From Hypanus sabinus (lineage: Eukaryota), in NCBI RefSeq assembly GCF_030144855.1, contig NC_082723.1:15624001-15688000 (forward strand): 64,000 nt of DNA, in the 5' to 3' direction. Positions 12,432 through 24,012 of the stretch are shown one piece after another (the stretch's first letter is position 1; each line of letters opens with the position of its first letter). The position numbers were made by a program, and so were the translations under genes. The notes below the pieces were generated by a model. It was not told where the DNA came from. It saw only the letters and a program-made list of their open reading frames with translations, and did no database searches.

Positions 12432-13025
12432 CAGTTTGAACACCCTTTATCTGAAATGTTTGAGGCTGGGAGTGTTTCAGATTTTGAAATATTTGCACCT
12501 ATATAATGAGATACCTTAGGAATGGACCCCAGGTCCAAACATGAAATCCAATTACATTACCTATACAGCTTATACATTTAGTCTGAAGGCAGCTTTATAT
12601 AATATTTTTAATAATTATGTCATGGTCCCGTCTGGCAATTCCCCACCTTGCTATTACCTCAGTAATTGGGCTTCAATCCCCTCATCTAGTTTCCAATCAT
12701 TTCCAGTTTCACTAATTCCACACACCTGCCTTCCATCAGTAAATGCAGGGTAAACCCTGGAATCACAACAAAGAGCTGCCAGTTCGTTGGTTGACTCTTG
12801 TATGAATAACCTCGTTTCATGGTTCTTTAGGACTGTCACTTCTAAGTTCCGCATCATTTTCCTGGATTCTCTACGTGAACCTTATCTCCGTGTAAAGACT
12901 CTCCTGGATACCTATTCCACGCTCACGACTGTGCTAACACCTCTCGATCCTGCCACCGTACCTGCGTCCAGCACTTGGGCTCCCCCGCAGCCACGTCCTT
13001 GCAATAAATTTAGTGGCTGAAACAA
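12432..13025. mobile_element. Tigger/pogo-type DNA transposon end (Tigger4/Zombi-like), interrupted by an LTR
   Basis: TA followed by CAGTTTGAACACCCTTTATCTGAAATG...ATATTTGCA...TAATGAGATA...CTGAAGG...AATATTTTTAATAAT; resumes after 13003 as ATTTAGTGGCTGAAACAA. Confidence 0.7.
12618..13003 (+). mobile_element. Solo LTR (Gypsy-like) nested in the Tigger element
   Basis: TGTCATG...CA termini; 3' CCTGCGTCC...CACTTGGGCTCC resembles fish Gypsy LTR ends; flanks ATTA and ATAA (imperfect 4-bp TSD). Confidence 0.6.
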
Positions 13026-13179
13026 TAATGAACCATTAGAAAAATTTAAGGAGGCAGATTTCACCAAGAACTCTTTACTATAGATCAAGCAGCTGACTCT
13101 GGCCTGTGGAAACCCAGATTAAATTGGTCTCAGAGTATCCCGTCCAGGAATGGTGTCCTGCTAAGAGTCCTTGTTCAAA

Positions 13180-13418
13180 AAGTTCAAAGTACATTGATTA
13201 TCAGAGTATGTCTACAGTATACAACCTTGAAACTCATCCTCTTGCAAACAGCCACAAACCAAATAAACACATCAGAACCCGCTAAAAAATCCACACAACT
13301 AAGACTGTCAAAACCCCAGTGCAAGAAAGAGAACAAATCGTGCAAACAATAAAAATGTAAACAAATAACAGAGAGAACATGAACCGTCGGGTTCCTGAAA
13401 GTGAGTTCACAACCTCGG
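13180..13418 (-). mobile_element. Rex/L2-tail retroposon 3' end
   Basis: Reverse complement resembles the 3' UTR at 32015-32275 (CTCACTTTCA...TTTGCAC...TACTTTGAAC). Confidence 0.65.
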
Positions 13419-16400
13419 AGCCAGTCCACGAGTCTGATGGCTGCAGATCATAGCCATGGAGCCAGTTCACACTACAGCCATGGAGCCAGTTCACACTACA
13501 GCCATGGAGCCAGTTCACACTACAGCCATGGAGCCAGTTCACACTACAGCCATGGAGCCAGTTCACACTACAGCCATGGAGCCAGTTCACACTACAGCCA
13601 TGGAGCCAGTTCACACTACAGCCATGGAGCCAGTTCACACTACAGCCATGGAGCCAGTTCACACTACAGCCATGGAGCCAGTTCACACTACAGCCATGGA
13701 GCCAGTTCACACTACAGCCATGGAGCCAGTTCACACTACAGCCATGGAGCCAGTTCACACTACAGCCATGGAGCCAGTTCACACTACAGCCATGGAGCCA
13801 GTTCACACTACAGCCATGGAGCCAGTTCACACTACAGCCATGGAGCCAGTTCACACTACAGCCATGGAGCCAGTTCACACTACAGCCATGGAGCCAGTTC
13901 ACACTACAGCCATGGAGCCAGTTCACACTACAGCCGTGGAGCCAGTTCACACTACAGCCATGGAGCCAGTTCACACTACAGCCATGGAGCCAGTTCACAC
14001 TACAGCCATGGAGCCAGTTCACACTACAGCCATGGAGCCAGTTCACACTACAGCCATGGAGCCAATTCACACTACAGCCAGTCCACGAGTCTGATGGCTG
14101 CAGATCATAGCCATGGAGCCAGTTCACACTGCAGCCATGGAGCCAATTCACACTACAGCCAGTCCACGAGTTTGATGGCTGCAGATCACAGCCATGGAGC
14201 CAGTTCACACTGCAGCCATGGAGCCAATTCACACTACAGCCAGTCCACGAGTTTGATGGCTACAGATCATAGCCATGGAGCCAGTTCACACTACAGCCAT
14301 GGAGCCAGTTCACACTACAGCCATGGAGCCAGTTCACACTGCAGCCATGGAGCCAGTTCACACTACAGCCGTGGAGCCAGTTCACACTACAGCCAGTCCA
14401 CGAGTCTGATGGCTACAGATCATAGCCATGGAGCCAGTTCACACTACAGCCATGGAGCCAGTTCACACTACAGCCGTGGAGCCAGTTCACACTACAGCCA
14501 TGGAGCCAGTTCACACTACAGCCGTGGAGCCATTTCACACTACAGCCAGTCCACGAGTCTGATGGCTACAGATCATAGCCATGGAGCCAGTTCACACTAC
14601 AGCCATGGAGCCAGTTCACACTACAGCCATGGAGCCAGTTCACACTACAGCCATGGAGCCAATTCACACTACAGCCAGACAACGAGTTTGATGGCTACAG
14701 ATCATAGCCATGGAGCCAGTTCACACTACAGCCGTGGAGCCAGTTCACACTACAGCCATGGAACCAGTTCACACTACAGCCATGGAGCCAATTCACACTA
14801 CAGCCATGGAGCCAGTTCACACTACAGCCGTGGAGCCAGTTCACACTACAGCCGTGGAGCCAATTCACACTACAGCCATGGAGCCAGTTCACACTACAGC
14901 CATGGAGCCAGTTCACACTACAGCCATGGAGCCAGTTCACACTACAGCCATGGAGCCAGTTCACACTACAGCCATGGAGCCAGTTCACACTACAGCCATG
15001 GAGCCAGTTCACACTACAGCCATGGAGCCAGTTCACACTACAGCCATGGAGCCAGTTCACACTACAGCCGTGGAGCCAGTTCACACTACAGCCATGGAGC
15101 CAGTTCACACTACAGCCATGGAGCCAGTTCACACTACAGCCATGGAGCCAGTTCACACTACAGCCATGGAGCCAGTTCACACTACAGCCATGGAGCCAAT
15201 TCACACTACAGCCAGTCCACGAGTCTGATGGCTGCAGATCATAGCCATGGAGCCAGTTCACACTGCAGCCATGGAGCCAATTCACACTACAGCCAGTCCA
15301 CGAGTTTGATGGCTGCAGATCACAGCCATGGAGCCAGTTCACACTGCAGCCATGGAGCCAATTCACACTACAGCCAGTCCACGAGTTTGATGGCTACAGA
15401 TCATAGCCATGGAGCCAGTTCACACTACAGCCATGGAGCCAGTTCACACTACAGCCATGGAGCCAGTTCACACTGCAGCCATGGAGCCAGTTCACACTAC
15501 AGCCGTGGAGCCAGTTCACACTACAGCCAGTCCACGAGTCTGATGGCTACAGATCATAGCCATGGAGCCAGTTCACACTACAGCCATGGAGCCAGTTCAC
15601 ACTACAGCCGTGGAGCCAGTTCACACTACAGCCATGGAGCCAGTTCACACTACAGCCGTGGAGCCATTTCACACTACAGCCAGTCCACGAGTCTGATGGC
15701 TACAGATCATAGCCATGGAGCCAGTTCACACTACAGCCATGGAGCCAGTTCACACTACAGCCATGGAGCCAGTTCACACTACAGCCATGGAGCCAATTCA
15801 CACTACAGCCAGACAACGAGTTTGATGGCTACAGATCATAGCCATGGAGCCAGTTCACACTACAGCCGTGGAGCCAGTTCACACTACAGCCATGGAACCA
15901 GTTCACACTACAGCCATGGAGCCAATTCACACTACAGCCATGGAGCCAGTTCACACTACAGCCGTGGAGCCAGTTCACACTACAGCCGTGGAGCCAATTC
16001 ACACTACAGCCAGACAACGAGTTTGATGGCTACAGATCATAGCCATGGAGCCAGTTCACACTACAGCCGTGGAGCCAGTTCACACTACAGCCATGGAACC
16101 AGTTCACACTACAGCCATGGAGCCAATTCACACTACAGCCAGACAACGAGTTTGATGGCTACAGATCATAGCCATGGAGCCAGTTCACACTACAGCCGTG
16201 GAGCCAGTTCACACTACAGCCATGGAACCAGTTCACACTACAGCCATGGAGCCAATTCACACTACAGCCAGTCCACGAGTCTGATGGCTGCAGATCATAG
16301 CCATGGAGCCAGTTCACACTACAGCCATGGAGCCAGTTCACACTACAGCCATGGAGCCAATTCACACTACAGCCATGGAGCCAGTTCACACTACAGCCAT

Positions 16401-16884
16401 GGAGCCAATTCACACTACAGCCATGGAGCCAGTTCACACTACAGCCATGGAGCCAATTCACACTACAGCCATGGAGCCAGTTCACACTACAGCCATGGAG
16501 CCAGTTCACACTACAGCCGTGGAGCCAGTTCACACTACAGCCGTGGAGCCAGTTCACACTACAGCCATGGAGCCAGTTCACACTACAGCCATGGAGCCAG
16601 TTCACACTACAGCCATGGAGCCAGTTCACACTACAGCCATGGAGCCAGTTCACACTACAGCCGTGGAGCCAGTTCACACTACAGCCAGTCCACGAGTTTG
16701 ATGGCTACAGATCATAGCCATGGAGCCAGTTCACACTGCAGCCATGGAGCCAGTTCACACTACAGCCGTGGAGCCAGTTCACACTACAGCCATGGAGCCA
16801 GTTCACACTACAGCCATGGAGCCAATTCACACTACAGCCAGTCCACGAGTCTGATGGCTACAGATCACAGCCATGGAGCCAGTT
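13419..16884. repeat. Minisatellite: 24-bp unit AGCCATGGAGCCAGTTCACACTAC with recurrent 33-bp unit AGCCAGTCCACGAGTCTGATGGCTGCAGATCAT
   Basis: Directly visible. Diagnostic variants recur 1134 bp apart (CATTTC at 14531 and 15665; GAACCA at 14761 and 15895). Confidence 0.99.
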
Positions 16885-16934
16885 TCAGGTTCTTTTCTGG
16901 TGCAGTGGTGTCCTGTGCAAGAGGGACCAGTTGC

Positions 16935-19360
16935 GCCTGAACTGGCGGTGTTGCTTGTGGAGAGGTTTGCTAGTTCTGCTTGGGAGGTTTTAAATTAGTT
17001 TGGCAGGAGGGTGGGATCCAGAGCACCAGGACAGAAAGTGGAGGGATGGAGAGGAAGGTCGATGTCAGGTCCAGTAAAATAGGAAGGAGCAAATCGTTTG
17101 AAGTGTGTGTATTTTAACGCTAGGAGCATTATGGGTAAAGGTGATGATCATAGAGTGCGGATCAGCATATGGAACTATGATGTTGTGGCTGTTACAGCGA
17201 TTTGGTTGAGAGAGGGACAGGAATGGGTGGTTAATATCCTAAGATTTCGACATTTTAGCAAAGATAGAGAGGGAGGTAGGAGAAGTGGAGGTGTTGCACA
17301 ACTATTAATATCACAGCTGCACTCAAGTGGGACACAGTGAAGGGCCCATCCACTGAGTCTATATGGGTACAATTCAAACTGGGAAGGGTGCAAGTACTCT
17401 GATTGTACGACAGCCACCCCCACCCCCCCCCCCCAATATCAACAGGATTTTGAGGAACAGATAGCAAGCAGATTAAGGAAAGGTGCATAAACAATGGGGT
17501 TGTTGGCCTGAGGAGCTGCCGCTTCTCTAATGTGAACTGGGACCTTCTCTGTGCAAACGGTTTAGATGGAGCATCCAGCTGTAGCCACATGGGTTTCAAT
17601 ATTAGACAATCCAACAAGGGAAGGGGCCGTACTGGAGGGTAATGAGCTGGCTAAGTGACTGGCCTTGCAGTGGGTAAACAGTTAGGGAACAGCGACCACA
17701 ACTCTTTGAGCTAGCTATAGATGAGGAGGAATATGGGCCTTGCGGGAGAGTGTTAAGTTGGAGCAGGGCAAATTATGAGAATGTTAGGCAGAAACTAGGG
17801 AGCAGTAATTGAGAACAGCTGTTTTTGGGAAAGTCCACATCTGACAATGTGGAGGCTGATTAAAGACCAAATGCACAGAGTACAGGATAGGCATGTTCTA
17901 GTCGGAAGCAAGGGCTAGGGTGGCAAGGTAAAAGAAACTGGGACGTCGAGAGAGATGACGAATTTAGTGAAGGAGATAAAGAATAAGTATATAAAGCTCA
18001 GGAAGCTAGAAGCCCTTGAAAATTGTAAGCAAGCCAGAAACGAACTCATGAAGGGATTAGAAAAGCCAGGAGGGGTCATAAAAAGTCCTTGCAAGTAAGA
18101 TTAGAGAGAATCCCAAGGCATTCTACACATACATCAAGAGCAAGAGAGTAACTAGGGAGAGAGTAGGACTGCTCAAGGATAAATTAGGGAACACATGCTT
18201 GGATGTGGAGTTGTGGGTGAGGTCCTCAATGAGTACTTCACCTCAGTATTTACCAAGGAGAAAGGACATTGATGATAGGAAGATCAGTGCTGAGCATATT
18301 GACATGCCGGGGCATTTTGAGGTAAAGGAGGATGTAGTGTTGGGTCTCTTAAAGAGCATTAAGATGGATAAGTCCCCAGGGCCTGATGGGATATACCCAA
18401 GTTAAATGAGAGAGCCAAGAGAAGAGATTGCTGGGGCCTTGACCAATATCTTTGTGTCCTCTCTAGCCACAGGTGAGGTCACAGATGTCTAGCAAGTAGC
18501 TAATGTTGTTCCATTATTCCAGTTGGGACAAGCAATAACCCTGGAAACGATAGACCAGTGAGTCTTACGTCAGTGGTAGGAGAGTGTTTGGAGAGTCACT
18601 AGCAGCTTCTGCAATGTGGCTGGTGCTAAGATGTATGTCCTTTGGCTGGAGAGGGGGAGCTTACTACATTGGCAACAGCTTGCTCTATGAATTTTACTGC
18701 CCTGTTCAGCGTATCCAGACAGCTGGCATGCAACATGGTCAACCCTGATCAGGACAAATTTGCAATTATATTCTCTGAAATGCTGGAGGCTGTGGGGAGA
18801 TCTAACGGAAGCATTGATCGGGTAGCCAGCCAGAATTTTCCTCCCAGGGTAGAAATATAGAATAGTAGAGCACATAGCTTGAAGGGAGAGGGGGGAGAAG
18901 TTTAAATGTTGGTGTGCAGGGTGGAACGCTTTACACAGAGGATGGTAGATGCCTAGAACGTGCTGCCGGGGTGATAGCAGAAGCAAATATGCCAGTGGCA
19001 TTCAAGAGGCTTTTCGATAGGCATGTGAGAAAGGAGAGGAGGGATATGTTTCATGAGATAGCAGAAGGGATGAGTTTAATTTGGCATTTTGCTTGGCACA
19101 GACATCTATAAGCACTTGTACAGGTGTACAGGTGTTTGCCACCAATATGCTGAATCTCTGGAATTCACTGCCACGGGTGGCTGCGGAGGCCAAGTCATTG
19201 AGTTTATTTAAATCAGAAGCTCATGGATTCTTGATCAGTAACAGTGTCAAGGATTATGGGAAAATGGGGTTGAGAGGGAAAATGAATCAGCCATGATGGA
19301 ATGGTGGAGCAGAGTCAAAGGGCTGAATGGCCTAATTCTGTTCCTATGTATTGTGGTCCT
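16935..19360 (+). mobile_element. Degenerate CR1 LINE: ORF1 end, endonuclease, start of RT, plus 3' fragments
   Basis: KCVYFNARSI...YDVVAVT.IWL (APE endonuclease), DKSPGPDGIYP and RPVSLTSVVG; many stops and frameshifts. Confidence 0.85.
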
Positions 19361-19779
19361 GACAGGCAAAAATATGTACTAACAAACAGGAAGCATGTAT
19401 TGTTCTGACCATAAATTACCATAATCCTGATTAACACTCCATAAAATATGATCAAAATCTGCTCTCCAATCTACAATGCTACTAAACTTTATCATGTATC
19501 AAGGATTTTTCTTTAAACAAGAGGTATTTATTTTCTTCCTTTTTATTTATCAAAAATTATTAAAAGACATTTTTTACTCTTTTCCCTTCTTTTCTTCCCA
19601 GCTTTAGCGAGGTGAAACTTCACTGGTGCCGCTGCATAGCAGGAGATCCTTCTTCACAAGTGATCCAGGACATGTGACTGGGGGGGGGTGGGGGGAGAGT
19701 GTCACACTGACTCAGATAAACAGATACAGCCTGCAGCCATCACACTCACTCACCGCACCTCCACACACAGGCACCCACT

Positions 19780-20330
19780 GACGGCATCTGTTAGTCTCGC
19801 GAGACCATGGATCTGTGCCTGGAAAACCAGGGCGTAGACCTGGGCAAGGTTGTATGGGAGACCGGCAGTTGCCCAAGCAGCAAGTCTCCCCTCTCCACGC
19901 CACCGACGTTGTCCAAGGGAAGGGCAAGGGCCGATACAGCTTGGCACCAGTGAATGTCGCAGGAGTTGCCAGAACGAGGTTGAAGGCAACGTCGGACTGC
20001 CTTAGGGACTCCAGCTCCAGATTTTCCTTCATGGGTTTATTCCTGAAGCCTTCCCCATGAGCGGGTATAGCCACAAGGCAGCGGAGGTTTGAGATCAGAG
20101 TTTTCCCTCTCTGCCTTCCCAGGCTGACGAGCTCCATCTACCCGAAGCACTGGTTTTAAGGCGCCAGAACCCGCCTTCACCCCTTCTCCTGTCAGTAGAA
20201 ACAGTTCCGCTGAGCTTAGAGGCTAGGCCTCACGAGAAGGCCGGGAGTTGGACTTGGTTGTCAGAGGCTATTTGAGGCACATGCTGCTGTGAGGAGCATT
20301 TTTAGGTAGAGGGAGCTTGTCCCCACTACC
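19780..20330 (-). mobile_element. Bipartite non-autonomous RTE-derived element
   Basis: 5' part matches 846-1250; 3' end CCATGGTCTCGCGAGACTAACAGATGCC matches the partial copy at 24790-24932; no ORF. Confidence 0.6.
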
Positions 20331-20426
20331 ACTCCTCGGCTTACAACCCTGGAACCTTGCACCCACTACACACACATTAACATACAATTCTCTATCTGCT
20401 TCTCCCCTCGCACAAACACACAACCC

Positions 20427-20788
20427 NNNNNNNNNNNNNNNNNNNNNNNNNNNNNNNNNNNNNNNNNNNNNNNNNNNNNNNNNNNNNNNNNNNNNNNNNN
20501 NNNNNNNNNNNNNNNNNNNNNNNNNNNNNNNNNNNNNNNNNNNNNNNNNNNNNNNNNNNNNNNNNNNNNNNNNNNNNNNNNNNNNNNNNNNNNNNNNNNN
20601 NNNNNNNNNNNNNNNNNNNNNNNNNNNNNNNNNNNNNNNNNNNNNNNNNNNNNNNNNNNNNNNNNNNNNNNNNNNNNNNNNNNNNNNNNNNNNNNNNNNN
20701 NNNNNNNNNNNNNNNNNNNNNNNNNNNNNNNNNNNNNNNNNNNNNNNNNNNNNNNNNNNNNNNNNNNNNNNNNNNNNNNNNNNNNNNN
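20427..20788. other. Assembly gap (362 N)
   Basis: Run of N. Confidence 1.
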
Positions 20789-21619
20789 AAATGTCATTTG
20801 AGAAGTTGGGAATTTAATTAGAGTTAATTAGATACTCTGTAATTAAGTGCTGCTTTAATTACTACAGACGAATGGATTGTCCCACAAATACATGTATATT
20901 TGTTCGTTGATTTTCTCCAGGGAAGAAAATCATTCCTCAGTTCAGCTTATATGGCCTACAGCAACGTGGTTATCCCCTGGAATCATCCAGCAATCGACTC
21001 AGCTCAGACCGGAATGCGTAGGACCGTACCCACTGAAGGAGAAAGCTCACACACGGGCACCCCTATAACTGCAGACATGCAGATGAATTAATACCCGAGC
21101 ACAGTCATTGGGCAGTAACCAGAAGTGGGAACCATGTTCTCATTTTTAACCTCCCAAGTGTTGTAATGCCCAAGAAACCACTTTAGTAAGAAATTGAGCA
21201 CTTCCGTAGTGATGCAGCATTGTCCCGGCTTTCCCTGGGTTCTTTTGTGATCTAATATAAAGCAATGGCAGATGTTTCCTCGCAAAAACAAATAGCCATT
21301 ACACTCATCAAAATCCTTGAGTTAAAACAATTTATTATGCGACTGCAGATGTACTGCTATCAAACATCGGCGACAGGATCTCAAATCTATTTTCTATTTG
21401 AACACAATTAATAACACTTCACAATGATGCAACTTCAAAGAATCCACGACACAGAAAAATACAGCAAATAATTACTGCAAGTTTGATCACCAATGTTTTC
21501 TCATTTTTCGTACGTTTAAAAACAAAATGATGCAAGCAGGGGTTGGAATTTTCTTGTGGAAGCAATTGGAGGAAGAAATTAAACAGGAAAAGGAAAGGGT
21601 ATTTCTCACAGAAAAAAAT

Positions 21620-21765
21620 CACAAACACAATGCAGGAAATCCAAGCAACTCGCACAAGATGCCGGAGGAACTCATAAACCAGGCGGTATCTATGAAAAAG
21701 AGTAAACAGATGAAACTTGATGAAGGATCTCGGCCCGAAACCCCGACTGTTTACTCTTTTGCAAC
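21620..21765. mobile_element. Penelope-derived fold-back element with degenerate hammerhead
   Basis: AAAAGAGTAAACAG...CTGTTTACTCTTTT inverted arms enclose TTGATGA-AGGATCTCGGCCC-GAAA. Confidence 0.7.
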
Positions 21766-21904
21766 CATACTGGGTTAATGGGCTGCATTGATCATCGTAG
21801 GAAAGAGCTTTGAGATGCGGTTTACCGAGACTGCCTGAGATGAGCAAGGGAAAAGTGAGGAGCAGAGGCCGGACACTAACACACTGAGAACAGGAACCGT
21901 TTCT

Positions 21905-22335
21905 GGACTATGAACACTGAGCTCTCCAACTTCCAGTAATTTCTTCCCCTCCCCCTTCTCTCTCCTTCCATTCCCCGTTCTGGTTCTCTGCTAACCTCTT
22001 CTCTTCTCCTCACCTACCCGTCACCTTCCCTTTCTTCCACGGTCCACTCTCCTCACCTACCAGACTTCTTCTTTAGCCCTTTACCTCTTCCATCTATCAC
22101 GTCCAAGCTTCTAGTTCATCCCCCCTACCCTACACACCCACCTTCCCCCTCACTTGGTTTCACCTATCACCTACCAGCTTGTGCTCCTTCCTCTCCCCCC
22201 ATCTTCTCATTCTGGCTTCTCTCCCACTTCCTTTCCAGTTCTGATGAAGGGGCTCAGCTCAGAACATCGACTTTTTATTTCTCTCCATAGATGTTGCCTG
22301 ACCTGCTGAGTTCTTCCAGCATTTTGTGTTAGCTG
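21905..22335 (+). mobile_element. Penelope-like element 3' terminal repeat
   Basis: AACTTCCAGTAA ORF end, pyrimidine-rich tract, CTGATGA at 22241 (GAAA mutated), family tail. Confidence 0.75.
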
Positions 22336-22702
22336 CTCTGAACCATTGCTGTTACCATCTTGAACTGAAATGAGTAGCACACCCTGAACAGAGGTGCAGC
22401 AATGGTTCGTGATACATAGCAACCATCCACAAGGTGCCAGGTTTGGAAACAACGAGTTGCACGGATTTTACAAAAGAAAATTAAATTCTAAAGATACAGT
22501 GTAGATCCGATGTGGAAATGGTGCTTTTATAAGCCCAGTGTGTTCCAAAACATTTCACAGATAGCACGATAAATTTACATACTTTAACATTAAGAATGTT
22601 ACTGAAATGCTGTTACAGAAATAATAGAGGAAATATTGAAAGTCCAGTCTGTGAACAGCAAGGACCCCATGAAATGCAATGTTACCAGGGCCAGGTAACC
22701 TG

Positions 22703-22708
22703 TTTATT
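22703..22708 (-). terminator. Candidate poly(A) signal for B3GALT9
   Basis: AATAAA on the minus strand about 245 nt after the stop codon. Confidence 0.4.
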
Positions 22709-22950
22709 AATTATTAGGCAAAGTATTGACAGGGACACTGGGAACACCTTTACCTCGAAACAACTGTGTAATATCCTCCTGAGAAAAGCTGTGCAGCGCA
22801 GGTTAGGTGTTCAAGTGTCTGTAGTGGGATTTAAACTCATGACCATCCGATTTACTTCATCAAGAATTGCATTTTATGGGGATTGCCATTATCATCAAGC
22901 AACATTTCAAGTGATAGTACAACAAAATCCCCAGACCTAACGCTATCGCA

Positions 22951-24012
22951 TTATGTGAGCTTGTCCAGATAGGTTAATGCTTTGCACTTGACCAGTCCAT
23001 AGTATATCTCCAGCATAGCACAGTGTCTGCTGTCAGTTATCTCCTCCCAGGCCCTGGCCAACTCCTCATCCGTCATTCCAAAAGAACTGAAGATGAAATT
23101 GTAGCAGCAGCGATTGAACCTGATGTGCTTCTCCCCGGAGAACCTAGAGCTATGGATCGGCACCACACCAGCCTTCTTAGCACAGATTCCAATGTAAACA
23201 TCTTCAGGCATTGAGGTGTCCGTCACTAGGGAAACAACAAAAATCTTCCTGGCCACGTCCTGGGAGATGACATAAGCAGTGGCACTACAATAATCAGGGT
23301 AGAATTTCTCCGAATACCGACTGACAGGCATGTAGTGTTTGCTCAGGGGGTTTCTGATTGGCAGAACCTGGTGATAAACCCTCCCAATGTAGAGATCTTC
23401 TGCATGCCTCTTCAAACCAAGCAAATATTCCATCAAACTTCTGTAGTTAACAAAGGTCTCCTCGTCAGATTTAAGAATAAATAAAGCCTTAGGACAAAAT
23501 GTCACAACCCAACGTATGATCATTATGGTTTTATGGATGTTATTGCTGGGCGAATCCAAGAAAGTGCCTTGGATGATATCTTTGTGGTTTGCAAACTCTT
23601 CATTGATGTCCTCTTGTGTTGCTGGTGCTTGAGGGATACCGATTGCAAAGAGCGTCATCAAGTGATATCCTTGCACTTTAGTCACATTAGCCCAAGTCCT
23701 CCTAATAACTTCTCGTCGTGTTCTGTTTTCTGCCTTGCTGGAAACGACGGCCAGGAGGAAGAGATCGCTGTCACCGCAAGCTTCCACATTGCCGATGTGA
23801 AAGAACCTGGAGACGTTCCTCTTGACTGAGTTCATGTCTAGCTTTCTGGCTCTCTCTCGAATATCCAAGGTTTGGGCATCTGTGTAAGTAGTCGGGAAGG
23901 ACTGGAGCAGATATTCTTCCATAAAGTCAGCCCCAAAGAGCAAGGCATGGAAGAGGACCACATTGAAGAGAAGAAAGCACCACTGATGTGTGCGAAGTCT
24001 ACAAAATAACAG
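22951..24012 (-). CDS. B3GALT9: Beta-1,3-galactosyltransferase 9 (GT31), main coding exon
   Basis: LLFCRLRTHQWCFLLFNVVLFHALLFGADF, RREVIRRTW, ILKSDEETFVN, YPDYCS, EDVYIG and HSSRFSG match B3GALT9 as recalled; acceptor TTTTGTTTCTCCAG, phase 0. Confidence 0.93.
   Translation of the reverse strand: MLFCRLRTHQWCFLLFNVVLFHALLFGADFMEEYLLQSFPTTYTDAQTLDIRERARKLDMNSVKRNVSRFFHIGNVEACGDSDLFLLAVVSSKAENRTRREVIRRTWANVTKVQGYHLMTLFAIGIPQAPATQEDINEEFANHKDIIQGTFLDSPSNNIHKTIMIIRWVVTFCPKALFILKSDEETFVNYRSLMEYLLGLKRHAEDLYIGRVYHQVLPIRNPLSKHYMPVSRYSEKFYPDYCSATAYVISQDVARKIFVVSLVTDTSMPEDVYIGICAKKAGVVPIHSSRFSGEKHIRFNRCCYNFIFSSFGMTDEELARAWEEITDSRHCAMLEIYYGLVKCKALTYLDKLT

Noticed and set aside
13282-16701. Mucin-like MEPVHTTA and CSVNWLHG ORFs
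   Set aside because: These are alternate frames of the minisatellite, repeatedly broken by stops in the 33-bp unit.
13419-16884. CRISPR-like array
   Set aside because: Units are directly tandem and the 33-bp inserts are near-identical rather than unique spacers; eukaryotic context with no cas genes.
20317-20817. ORFs spanning the N run
   Set aside because: Gap artefact.
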